A stretch of DNA of 64,000 nt from Tubiluchus corallicola. Taxonomy: Eukaryota; Animalia; Priapulida. Numbering within the stretch: the stretch's first letter is position 1; each line of letters begins with the position of its first letter. The notes beneath the pieces are model-generated. The model saw nothing but the letters and a program-made list of their open reading frames with translations, did not search any database and was not told where the DNA came from. Location: positions 62,001 to 126,000 of the forward strand of contig JAQGDQ010000441.1 in the NCBI GenBank assembly GCA_030141605.1, in the 5' to 3' direction. The position numbers and the translations under genes are program-made. Shown here piece after piece: positions 11,443 through 24,537 of the stretch.

Positions 11443-13969
11443 ATCACATCACAAGTATAGACAAATTTTGAAAAGTATTGTAATTCCATTTGTATTATTC
11501 GATCGTAAGTTAATTTAAGAATTAAATACAACCCCCTCCCCCCTTCTGAAGAACTAAGGCAGCAAAAACATTTTGGGGATTTAATTTATTACTGTACATG
11601 TGTTGTTGCTGTTTCATGCTTTTTAAATTTTCAATAAAAGTTGAACTTTTAATATTTAATTTGTTGTTAGGAATATTCTAATTAACTAGAATTATTAACT
11701 TTCCAGGTCACATTAGCTATTATAATTATCAAGATGTTAGGTGAAAATATGCCAAACATTTGAAGTATTTTGCATAAAGCAATAACTACAGTTGTTATTA
11801 CACACGCTAATATTAGTAATTTTCATTTTGCTAGAAAATGATTCTTTAATTCGAATTGTAATAAATTAAACATCACTGTTAAGTTGCTGTGATGTCGTTT
11901 GTCATAAGGTGCTTTTTGTATTACCTAAAAACAGCAAAATATTGATTTTTTTATTGATTTCAATGAATTAAAGGGCAGTCATTTGCAATGGAAGTAGTGC
12001 AAAGGTTATACGCATTTTGTTTATTTCTTACACAACATGGTAGCCATAGTGGCCAATATAAAGTTAAAAATGTCTGAACTACATGATAAGGGTTTTTCCG
12101 TATAGATATGGTTGCCAGGCATCCCTTATATACGGGACATGTCCCACATTAGATAATTTTGTCACCTGTCCTGTACTGACCTTTCAGGGACACCCAAATG
12201 TCCTGTATTTAGTTCATTTCCAAATTTCGTTATAAAAATGTATTTTACTAACTTTTTGCTTGCAGTTCTTAATTGTATCTTTATGAGTACCATTATTATT
12301 TCTTTACTCAGATCGTCTTGATCAGCATAACCCAAATGTAACAATTAAATAATAATTATTATTTCTCTGTTGTCTTTGCTTTGGTTTTGACAAATTCTTT
12401 TACCTTCAGTTGAATTGCTTTTGCTTTATAAAATTTTCGCTTTGAGTTTCATTTTGTTTGATATAGTTTTTTACTATAAGTTAAATTCTGTTTTGCATTG
12501 CTTGTGAAAACTTCCTTTTATTCTGAGTGGAATTGCATTTTTGCTTTGAGTAGATTTTTGTTGTTTTTTTGTTTGATATTATTTTTTCTCTACATTGAAT
12601 TTCATTAATTTTTTGCTTGATGTTATTCCTTGTTATGCTTTGAATTTCATTTCTGCTTTGAGTTGATTTTTGTTGCTTTTGCCTTTTATATATGCACAAA
12701 CACCTAAAAATGTCATGAGCCTGTGAGTAAACTTGTATTTTTAATAAGGGGCAGCTGACCAAGTGACCAATAGGTCTTTCACTGCTCCTTCTCAGCTGCA
12801 ATGAAATGTAAAAATAATTATGATGAATTTTAAACTGCTATTGAGAAAATAAAATTGAATTGAATTGTATTAAATAAATATTTTCAAATGACTTCACTTT
12901 TATAGATTTTTTTGAGTTTGTATTAACTAATTCAATTCAAATGATTTTACTTTTGTTTTCCTCATAACCCATTAAAATCCTTGCTTTATGTGTTTAACTT
13001 GTGTCTCTACTTCTATATATTATGATGTATTGTTCTGGGTGTTAGGTATGTATAAATTTTATTCAATTCAATTCAGTTTTAATTTATTTATCTCTTTATA
13101 ATGCTACAATAAAACATGATTAATAAAAGAATCTCTAATAAGTTTTGAAGAATGGTTAAAATGTATAGATAGATCTAGAACTAGAGAAAGGATAGCGAAA
13201 AGACTATAAAGTCACCTAGTCTGCTATCCTTTACTGAATATAGATAAAAAGATTTTTTAGACACTGGTGGGCATTAATGTTATCAGTTTAATTTAGGAAA
13301 CATTACTAATTTTTAAAATTATGACATTTGCTATATAATCCTGAGAAAAGAATATACATGTAGTTTAATTAGCGGGCAACAAAATAAGGTCAATCTTGAT
13401 TAAACTAAAAATTGCATTTAGATTTTATGTGAAATACAGGTCAAAAATACGTCCCATATTTATAATTTTCTAATCTGGCAGTTAACTCTACTTATGGAGA
13501 ACTCATTTTGGATAAAACTAAACTGACAGAGCTAGTTAACTAGAGTCGAGGTGCTTAATTCGCCGTCACACTGAGATTGATGTAAAATCCTAGCAAAAAG
13601 TAATTTAAAATTTTTTACTATCAAGTGGGGTGTTTCAATGAAAATTTGATGTAAAAAAATTAATGAGTAAAATTAAAATTTAAGAGAATTTTTTATTTTA
13701 ATTGTGACAAGATAGGTTTCAGATACATTTTCACCAAATGGGTAGATCAAGTTAGGAATTAAAAACGAAACAGTTATTAATTTTTTCACTGTCATGTACC
13801 CGATTCAGTTATATCCTTAAACAATTTCCTCTGTGTTGTGTTAGACAGTTTCTGATTGCTTTATTTTAAGCACATATCATTCTATCGCTTTCGGCTCTCT
13901 TGTATTTTACCCACAAAGTCCATTCTACATTATTATACAAGTACTCCTGGAAGATTGTTTATGACAAGA

Positions 13970-13986
13970 CCGCTAGATGGCAGCAC
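13970..13986 (+). promoter_or_regulatory. CTCF-like binding motif ~85 bp upstream of the RSU1 ATG
   Basis: CCGCTAGATGGCAGCAC closely matches the bilaterian CTCF core motif. Confidence 0.55.
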
Positions 13987-14070
13987 ATCCGTCTCACTTT
14001 CGGGAGTGTCGCGAACGCTGTGTAGTTTTTGAAGTTTTTATATTTTGTGTGTAAATTAGTAACGATAACG

Positions 14071-17000
14071 ATGTCGAAAGTTAAAAGAACGGTAGAAGAA
14101 TGTAAAGAAACTCAAAACCCTGAACTAGATTTAGTTGACAGAGGAATGTCGGCTTTTTCTGAAATTCCAGATTTGAGTAAGTCCCGCTTTAGGACTAGAA
14201 AAATTGCTGACTGAATCTGAATATGATTACAGATACTGCATCATTCCTTTAGGGATATTCCTGCAGCGCGTAGCATGTGCAACGATATAAACCACGTAAC
14301 ACTGACTAGTGTACATTTATATGATTCCTGTCCAACGTCAAGTCAAACTGTTATTTTGCTGCTCTAAACTTCACTATGTCCGATGCAGGTTGTTCCACTT
14401 GATGACTGAGCGTGGTACAAATAAACATTTAAAAAATTTTTATTGAAGTGATAGCATTGAAGGTTATATTGTGTGATTCTAGTGACTTGAAAAATTTACA
14501 ATGCTTCTATTAACACAAATGCTAGTGAATCTTAACAATAACCCGATTGGCTTCGTTGTGTAGAAAACTCATGATACATTTTGATTAATGTATTGTCATG
14601 ATACTTAAAATTTCTGAAATAATCTTGTTAGTTATCATCCTGTAAAATGTTACCGCTCCAAATTTTCTTGAAAGTCTCTGACCAATTCTATGATGTAGCT
14701 AAATAATCGTTGAAAACTATCATGTCAAACCCGAAACAAAACTCCATATCAACGTATAATTATAGCTTCCTCTGTACGATTCTGACCAGCAGTGTTCTGT
14801 TCATAGATTTTGCACTACAAAAGCTATCTAACAAAAGATAATAATAGCTTTATTGAGAAGACCTAACTTAGGACAAGAAAAGAGGTGCCTGAAGTAGGTT
14901 TCAGGAAAATCGCCTTAAAAAATAAAATATAATTTAGTTAGTGACTTGTGCACTATGAATGCTCTGATGTTTTTTCAAACTTTATTCAGTGTTATCTAAA
15001 CTTTTTTCGTCACAATGGCTGCGTCCAACGGTCATTGCAGAAGTTTAAATTTACATATTTTATACAGCGTTACTGCCGACACAAGCCCTGTATGCAAAAC
15101 GGCAGTATGTAAATGGTATAAAATTTCATGACAAATTTTTTATGCTTTAAGTAAGTGCCTTCAAGCATTTCTGTGGCTTTTGTATTTTGCAGTTTGATTC
15201 AGTTCCCTATTTGAAAGTTTTTTTAAATTTCTGTTTGGCTAGCTTACTTTTCACTTCATTTAATTTGTCTTTTATTATTTTTATTTAATATTATTGTTGT
15301 TATTTTGCATGTTTTTCTCATTTTGAGTTATACATGGACGATATGACAGCTTGAATTTTCATCATTTTTATATTCATTTGTACCACATTATTTGGCTTTT
15401 ACTTACCATTGCTTTTTCTTCATCATTTTCCTGGATGTTTACATATTTTTGATTGCATTTTCATCCTTCAGTTATTTAAAGTTGATTAGTGAATTTTAAA
15501 CAGATCAAGTTACTAAGTAAAATAGTAATAATGTCATTTCACTACTATTCATGAGTGAAATAGCTACAGTGTCATCCCAATAATCACATACATCCATTGA
15601 AGGATGGCTTGACTAGTTGACCTTCTTGGTCTTTCGCCATTCTATTTCCATTGTGATAATTAAATACATTTACTTGCCTCAGTTATATCATGAATATGGA
15701 AATAAATGCACATTTTGAATTGAATTGAATTTAAACCTAAACAGTTTTATTATTATTAGTTTATTAATTTTTATTAGTTTACTTTATTTATTTTTTTTAT
15801 TTTAGTGAGTCTGGTGCACATTACAAGATTGACACTGGCACATAACAAGTTAGAAGGTAAGTTTTCAAGTTTACTAAAATTCACAATTTATTGTTGTCAA
15901 TGCAGTTTCAATACTGAAAAGAACGCAGCATGTCGTCATTATCATTGCAGGCTCTGGAGGTACTTGATAATTAATATGATAACTGGCAAAGGCCCTGCAA
16001 AAAATTTTGCGTATAAATACACTTATAATCAATAATACGCAAACATCCTACATAGTCTTCATTTATAACACAAAGCCAGGTGCAGCAGCTTTTACTGAAT
16101 TAAAGTTATAAGGTTATAGACAGAGTATAATGGATGACGTCAGAACAATGGCCTTGCGTCAGCAGTTTTCCAAGGGAAATTTCCAAAAATAGAACATCTA
16201 ATTAACTCGTCAGTACTCCTTTTGGTGGACGTGTTCTAAAATATAGCCCATATCGTCGTGTAGCCCTGTTCTTCCTCTTTCTAAAGACACATATATCTCT
16301 TTTCTAGAGTCCCACCAGGCGCCGCTAGAACTTTTTTCCCGCATGCTGTTTGGTCAAAATTTCGAAAAAATCGCGAGTTGGGTCCGACTTGATAATTAAT
16401 GTGATAATGAAAGATAAGTACTTGAGACAAATATTCTATTTATGTCCTGTTCACTGAGCGCCACGTAAAGAATTTACAAAGTTAAATATCCTTTTTTATT
16501 TATAGCTGTTACACCACAACTTTATCAAAACTTTTAATTTACATAGTTAAAATCTTGTCAAACGACGGAGCTACTGCTGTCATCATTAGTGGTAAGTTTT
16601 TACAAACATACAACCAGTTTATATAAGCAGAGCCTACAATATAGAACATTATGCATTAATTACGTATTTAACAGAAGTAGGTAATGAATAAGCAGACCAG
16701 TAGAAAAGAAATTAATACAGTAAATTATGCACTAATTATGTATTTACAAAAGTCAAATAGGTAATGAATAAGCAGACCTATAGAAAATAAATTGATACAG
16801 TAACAAATAGCTAAGTCTTTGAAAATAAAGTTAAAGGAATTGAACTGTTTTGTATATTAACAGAAGGCTTGTTAGGGAACATAAATAAACTTTCTTTTAT
16901 CAATAAGTCCCAGTTATTTGTAGCTCTGGTCACAATGCTAAAATTATTGAAATCAGCTTTGTGGCCAGAGGCACAAAATATGGTCATCAATGTTGAATTG

Positions 17001-20000
17001 AGCAGAATTTTTTAATTTCTTGCCAGTTCTAGACGAAATACCCAAATATCCACAAATTCTTACTTTAAAGTGTCTTGATGTTTTACCTTGGTAAGCAGAA
17101 TTGTAGCTGCTGCGTTGAAATCTATAAATAATACCAGACTGTGAGAATGTGAGTATTTAAAAGTTTTAATGAAGTTGTGGTGTTTTAACTATAAATCCTT
17201 TTTTGAGGATGCTTTTAGATACTTGAGAACTATAGAGTTTTATAAAGAAAAATGCTTTATTCAGTTCACTTTATTTTCTACAGTTATTCCTCCAAACGTA
17301 GCGGAACTTTCTAACTTGGAGCATCTGAATCTCTTCAACAATCATATAGGCGTATGTATTTTTACCATTATATTGATTCAAACTTTTATAAAAAGACTCC
17401 CAAATGAATCTACGAAATGTCTTACTGTAGTCAGTTGTGTGTTAGTTCTTCACTTGTTTTAGTTATCGTTCTTAACTCCTTGAGGACTGTAAGCATTTGC
17501 TGCATTTTGCTGCATATAAAATTTCACAGTCATGCAGTACCAAAAAGTTTGACGTAGCGCTCCCAAAAAGCCCGACGTTTATTTCTCACGTCAATAGAGG
17601 GCAGCACAATGCAATAGGTTAACAAAACTCAAAAAGACGTTCGCAAGAAATTTCAAGGGAATTCTTTGTTTTCGTAAAATTACGATCGCATTTAACAACA
17701 TTCTTATGTTAAGAATCGTTTGTGAATTACATTGTAAGCCTGAAGACGTTGTTACGAAAAATCTTGCAAATAAAGCAGTTTGCAAGAAGCTTAGTGAATC
17801 TGCCCCCAATTTCAACTAGTCGAGTTTGCCTCAACTCCTTCAGGACCGTAAGCGTTTGCTGCACAGGTTCATGAAAAACCTCTTTCACTAAGCAGCCATT
17901 ATGTTATATTTGATAATTTTTGTAGGTTTCTACTCCTCACGCAATGGATTTTCATGCGAAATTATGTATGAAATGTATTTGTTTACCCTAGACAAATTAG
18001 AAATTTGATGAATGCACTGAAAAAAACTTTCAGTAACTGAAGTGTTTGCATTGTAACAATGTACAGTATCACTTGTGTGAAATCTGCTAATGCAGAAAAT
18101 TTCAACTATCCAGACACAACACTCCGATACACTTTGGCCTCAACTCTGCCCTATTTTTAAGGAGAAATTCCTGTTAAAAGATGTTAAAACGACCTTAATT
18201 TGTCCTTGGCTGATCGGTTGGTTTTTCCCGGAATAGCAGCAGAACACTACACAGTTTGGGCTGTAGCAAGTGTGCACCAGACTAAGCTACTCAATAGGCT
18301 AAGTTGGAATACCCGAAAAGGGCATGTTTTCTTAATTTTATCCAATTAAGTCATTTATAAATGTTTTAACAAATAGCATGATTGGTTAGCTAAGGTTCTC
18401 CTGAATATGACAGTACCTAATTTGTTATCATTTAGTTATGTCTGTGCTCATGCAGTAAAAGAAAAGTCATAGACCTTAAAAGACTTTGAATGGTGTGTTC
18501 TTGAAGGAGTTAATAAGTGGTTTATGTGCACTCTTTAGCAGTAGGCCCTGTGAAAGTCATGTTTGAGGTTGTAGATGAATCACTTTCTGGAAAAAGAATA
18601 AACAACTATTCTACATATTTGCACAAAACTGAAAAGCGTTTATTAGACTACATACACATATGTAGAATGACTGCCACACTGAACACTGACAGTTAGGTAA
18701 TAAGTAACATGAGTATAATGACTGCTGCACTGCACTGAGAGTTAGGCAGTGACTAGAAAGTAAATCCAGTCAGTATATATAGGTATAGGTGATTATGCAA
18801 ACTTGGCTTCAGAAAAACCAGTGAATATGCATTCACTGGACCGTACAATTATACTAGGGGTGAGTTTAGCTAGTAAAATGTGAAAGAATTAGTTCATAGA
18901 TGGCAGCACCTAAAAATATACAGTTACAATTTCCACAAGCCCTATGTATTTCAATTCCTGTGATAATTTCAGTTTCCGTAATGGGTTGTGTTTCATTTTT
19001 TGGAGTTGCTCATTATCTAAATATGTTTATTTGGATTTTAATTTAAGTGTAACAATGCTTCATCATATTATATGAATCACATTCTCATTGTGAAATTAAT
19101 TTTGAAAACACGTGTTAATCGTTTTTCAGGAAGTGCCTATTTCACTTTCGTCTATGCCCAAGCTTCGTATTCTTAACATGGGGTAAGTCACGCTTCATTT
19201 ATCATTTCGTAAATTTCAGGGAAGTTACCGAAACTGAATTTTCAAACCGAAACAGAAATTTATCAAAAATAGGAAATCGAACCGAAACATTTTTCCAAAA
19301 CCAACTACTATCAAAAGTGAAAAACTAATATTCTAAAATAATTAAGCAAATTATTTGTTTTTGTTTTTTTTAGTTTATTTGCTGTGACACAAAATTACTG
19401 ATACAAAACTCAATGAGGTTTTATAGTATAGAACCTCAAGTTTGTTGGAGTGGCTTACCTGACAAAAATTACAATGTGTTACAATGTTTTTGGATTTAAG
19501 TATCCTTAATAATTAATGTTTAACGATCATAATGCTTTATTAAACAAATTTTATTTTGTAGATATTTTGTTGCCTATATTTCATAAATTATAAAATTAAA
19601 CACGATTTTGCTCAAATAAATTCAAACTTGGTTTGATATTTCTGCTGATTGGGCCTGGAGACCCTAAAAGTTCGCATTGGTCAGCGCTGAAGATATGCCA
19701 CATTGCTGATAATGCTCATCACAAACTGTTAAGTGAACGAAATTTGCACTTTTGAACTATTTGAACTATTTTAGCCAAGATTTTTCAGCACTTTCTGACA
19801 TCTAGGAGAAAAGAAAAAGTAAATTGGATAAATACTAGTAAAATGTCGATAAAATGCTACGGAAAATTATCCAAGATTTAACCAAAAGTGTAATTATTGG
19901 CAAACCAAACCGAAAATTCCGTTTTTGCAACATCCCTGATAAATTTGCTCTCTAAATGAATGCTACATCAAGTACACCTTTTTTTGCTCTGTGTGAGAAA

Positions 20001-23000
20001 TGATGATTGATTAAACGGCCTAAGCAAAAAGGTCCATACATCTGGTTAATAGTAGCTTGAAATATCTGCTGTTTATACTGATCATGTGCGTATATATTTC
20101 AGAAGAACAGCACAGTATAAATTATTATGAAATTCATAAAAGTGGAATGCACAAACCTAAGTTGTAGCGTAGGACAAAATCAAGTTATGAAAATATGACG
20201 TTATTTTTACATCATCATGGTGTCATAATACAAGAGCCCAGGTTCATTTTGAACAAAATAACTTGTTCAGGGATGAGAATTTTCCGCGGATTCGCAGAAT
20301 TCCGAGTTTTTGGAAGACCAGTAGTGCCATTTTTGTTCATAAATTCATTGAGAAAATTTTTACGGACCCAGTACATTACTTCACAAACTGACCGCTAGTT
20401 GGCAGGCCGCCACTTTTTCATAGGAGCGGCCAGTACTTAGGCGTTTTTGAGACAATTTGGTATCATGTATCCTTGATTGTTGGGTATTTTAAATTATGAA
20501 TGAAACAAGGTAACTGATATTTTAAGTCCACTTAGAGGCTCTCTATGGTCACAAAATTGCAATTTGTTGCTGCCTCCGCTGCCTCCAAACCCCCGGCCTG
20601 TTTCAGAGTTTTTTGCAATTTGTCATTCTCATCCCTGATCATGGTGTCATAATACAGGAGTCCAGGTTCATTTTGAACAAAATAACTTGTTTCATTCAAC
20701 ACATCCAATCTGATTAACTTAAACGTGGTTTTTCAAAACATGCTGTGTCTTTCCTGTTTATGTCTGCAAGTTAACTGCGCATTAATCTCTTACTAAATGA
20801 CTTAACACTCAAAATGTACTTCACTGTGATTTGATCAGCATATTGCTCTACTGCGCTGTTTCTTCTGGGACACCCTGTATTTACTTTTTTGAACAATAAA
20901 TAATGTTCACAAAGAGGTGTAAACAGTAATAATGCTTGTGTAGGAGACTTCTGGAGATTAAGCAATGCATGGCATTTGCTACTATTTTTAGTTACTTTAC
21001 TAATACATCAGATAATTTGTCTAGTTCAAGGCCTGTTTTAGTTTAGCATCTGAGTGTTAATGTTCTACGATTAAACGTGTTTGGATCAAGGCCATTTTTG
21101 CTCTAATTTTTGCTAGAATTGTTAAAAAAACAATGAACCATGCACTGTGGGTAAATAATGTTGAGCTTGAAATGATTTGAGTTTTTTTTGTCACAAACGT
21201 GAAACCGTATGCTTGATTTTAGAATGAACCGACTGTACACTTTGCCTCGAGGTTTTGGCGCGTTTCCTGCGCTGGAAGTGTTGGATTTGACCTACAACAA
21301 CCTCAGTGAGAAGACTCTCCCGGCAAATTTCTTCATGATAAGTAAGTTTCTATTGAACATATTTGCTATTTTAGCCGGAGCGTTCAACGTAATTGAGTCA
21401 GAATTTGGTATTTTGGGATATTTTGTGAGAAAATGTATTCAAAGATGAGGAGTAAGTGGTCAGTCCTGCCATGTGGTGTTGTAGTGGTTGTTGTCATTGT
21501 TGCAGGGTTCTCCCGGTCAGGTAAAATCCTTGAAAATACAGGCTATCCTGGAAAGTCATGGAAAAGTCAGGGAAAATGATAATTTGGTAAAAAGTTAGGG
21601 AATATAATGTGAAAAGTCGGGGAAATTGGAAAGGGTTGCAAAAATAATCACCGTGAACTGATATTTTTCAGCAATTCGTGATAATGATTGGATTAAGAAA
21701 GTTTATTTAATTTCGTTAGTTTGATTTCGTTAGCACTACTGCAAGTGTGGCGGCACATTATATGTCGGCATATATGTGTGCGAATGTCCATGCACAAAAA
21801 TGTTTGAATATGTATAGTGGTCATCTGCCTATCTTGGCCATGGAAAATCAATATTTGGTGAGGGAAAAGTCCGGGAAATTTATCTTAAAATTCTGCAGAA
21901 ACGCTGTTGTTGTGGGAACAATAAAGTCAGACCACAGCTGCTGGATTTAACTTTCCTATTCTGTTAAACTATGGCCAAATCACGTTGAAAACACCGGTTC
22001 TCGTCTGATCATCGAAGTTAAGCAACCTAGAGCCTGGTTAGTACTTGGATGGGTGACCGCCTAGGAATACCAGGTGCTGTAGGCTTGCGGGATGACCACA
22101 CTGTATTTCGACACTAGGCGGAGGAGCTGCACAAGCAGCCAACGGCTAGATGGCGGAGGAGGTCAAGTGACCCAACAGCCATGTGTAGAGGAGTAAACCT
22201 TTCAAATCAGGAATGGAGCCCCGAAGGCGGACCAGTGCAGCATGCTCACTGACTCCGGCAGCTCCTGTAGCCAACCTGGTGCCAAACATATCACTCCACT
22301 TTTCTTTGGACTACACCAGCGAGGAAGAGAGGGGGTTCCTGTTGTCTGGGTAACTCAGGATCTCCATACACCTTGCTCAGGAGGCGTCCTGGAGACGTTC
22401 AAGGATCGGACTGCTCAGCAACAGTCGATGCTGCAGCTCCATCAATTTGATCAATAACTGACTCTCTTGGTGCACATTCCATTGTCCTCAGAGACACAAG
22501 GATGCAAACAACAACAATTCTGTTAAACAAAAGCCTGGCTGCAGTTTATAAACAAATCTCAGATCTCATCAGTCTTTAAAGATACTAAGTAAGGATATAT
22601 GTGTGCTTGCAAGCCAATACTTCCCACAAGTCGGCATAGTTAAAACTGTGCTATGATACTTCAAAACTGTGTTAAGAATTCAACAAAATTGGGTCAAATG
22701 TTTTTGTTTTTTATAAAAACGTACGGTAATATATTGGACTTTCATATTCTAGCATCAAATCATTAGAAGAATGTTAAAAAAATACTAAAAAATTAATTTT
22801 ATAATACCTTGCACTTTTCTCTGGCTAGAAACAAGTACTGCAGTTGTAAAAAACTCATATTTTCAAACTCAGATTGTAGCTCGAGGAAGCAGTCATTTTG
22901 CTTCAGATTTTTTCTTTTGCCAAGCCCAGATCTTCGTCAAGAAGAGTCATCTACTGGATTTAAACATAACTTCAATGTGCTCTTGTAAAGTCCATAGCAA

Positions 23001-24498
23001 CCACACTTTCGTACGGTTGCTAAGTGTTTTGCAGAGACGCGACAAAAAACAATGGTTAACTTTAACAGAGATTTTCTCAAGATTATGTTTTTCAGTGTGC
23101 AGCTGCACCTCAACTTCAATGTGGATTATCTCAGCTTAGAACTAACATAGAGCGATGAACTTGGTATCAAAATGATCCTCATGAAATGGAGATTCAGGAT
23201 GTGTGAATAACTAGAAAAACTTAATTGCCAACTTATGAACGTTTTTTGCTATGCAAGCACACATGATTTTTTGTTCTTCCCTTGGTTGCACTACAGTCTG
23301 TGTAAAATTGTCATTTTTCCTGCTTTGTTCAAGTTTTTATCCTCTTTATTTAGTAAATTAATCACCACAGAGTAACTTTTGCTGCTTTTCTAGCCACACT
23401 CCGTGCTTTGTACTTGGGAGACAATGAGTTCGAATATTTACCTGCCGAAATTGGAAACTTGAAATCCTTGCAAATCGTGAGTATCCTGTTTGAGTATCCT
23501 GTTTGTGTATTTGCTGTAATTACACTTACAAATTGAAGGTATTATACCTGTGTAATGCACGTAATCTTCTTTAATTCTCTTGCTAATCTTAACACAAAGT
23601 TTTGAGTGATGATGATGATAATATTATGTGTATTGTGTAGCTAACAGTAATTGCTCCCATGGTTGTTTTTTACTAAACTAAAGATAGATTAACAACATTT
23701 AAAACAGAACTAAAAACAAACTCCTAACTCACAAAAGACCCGTATATAGAAACGATGAAGTCAAATTCATCAGTAATTGGAAAATATAAAAAGAACGCAT
23801 AACCCTCTAGACTCAAAAATTCATCATAATATAAGTGTCTATATTATAAAAATATACGACTCGTACGCAAACGTACAACGGCAAAAAAGTAGCGAAAACT
23901 ATCAAAAACTATTGAAATTCACAATTTCATGAGTCACCATCATGTCATCATATAGACAAATTTCTAAATACGTAAAATAGTATTTTAATCTTTTTATTCT
24001 CATATATCAAAAAATGTCAAAAAACACTCAACACTCTAGATTTATAATATAGGTGTCTATAATGTAAAATTATACGACTCGTACGCATAATTACGTGACA
24101 AAAAAGTATCAAAAAGTATTAGAATTCACCATCTCTCATAAGTCATATAAGTTACATATGTATATTTCATCATATATATCATTCTTACTCATATACATGT
24201 GAACCTTTTTGCAATAATTTCAATTGATCATTTATCATATCTGTAATATCGTTCATATTAATTATCGTATTAATTCACATAATTTTATTTGTCGTCATGC
24301 ATACCATCATGTCATCACGTATGCAAATTTGTAGATATGTAATGTTGTATTTTAATGTTTTTATTTTTATGATTCTTAACTTAGACTAACTGGCACAACT
24401 GCACACTTCAGTCCGTCACTGACTGGTTATGCACTGATTTTATGCATGAAGTAATTTGTTTTACTCTGTACTAGTGTAGAATTTTTGCAATAAAGATT

Positions 24499-24537
<39 letters not shown>

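Noticed and set aside
17735-17765. Minimal hammerhead ribozyme (CTGAAGA..CGAAA)
   Set aside because: Stem II uses the G needed for the GAAA core, and no convincing stems I/III were found.
21970-22086. Functional 5S rRNA genes (also 45522-45638 and 58379-58496)
   Set aside because: Dispersed, mutually diverged, lacking a T-run terminator, and each fused to the same body, (CAA)n tail and (in copy 1) a TSD: these are SINE heads.
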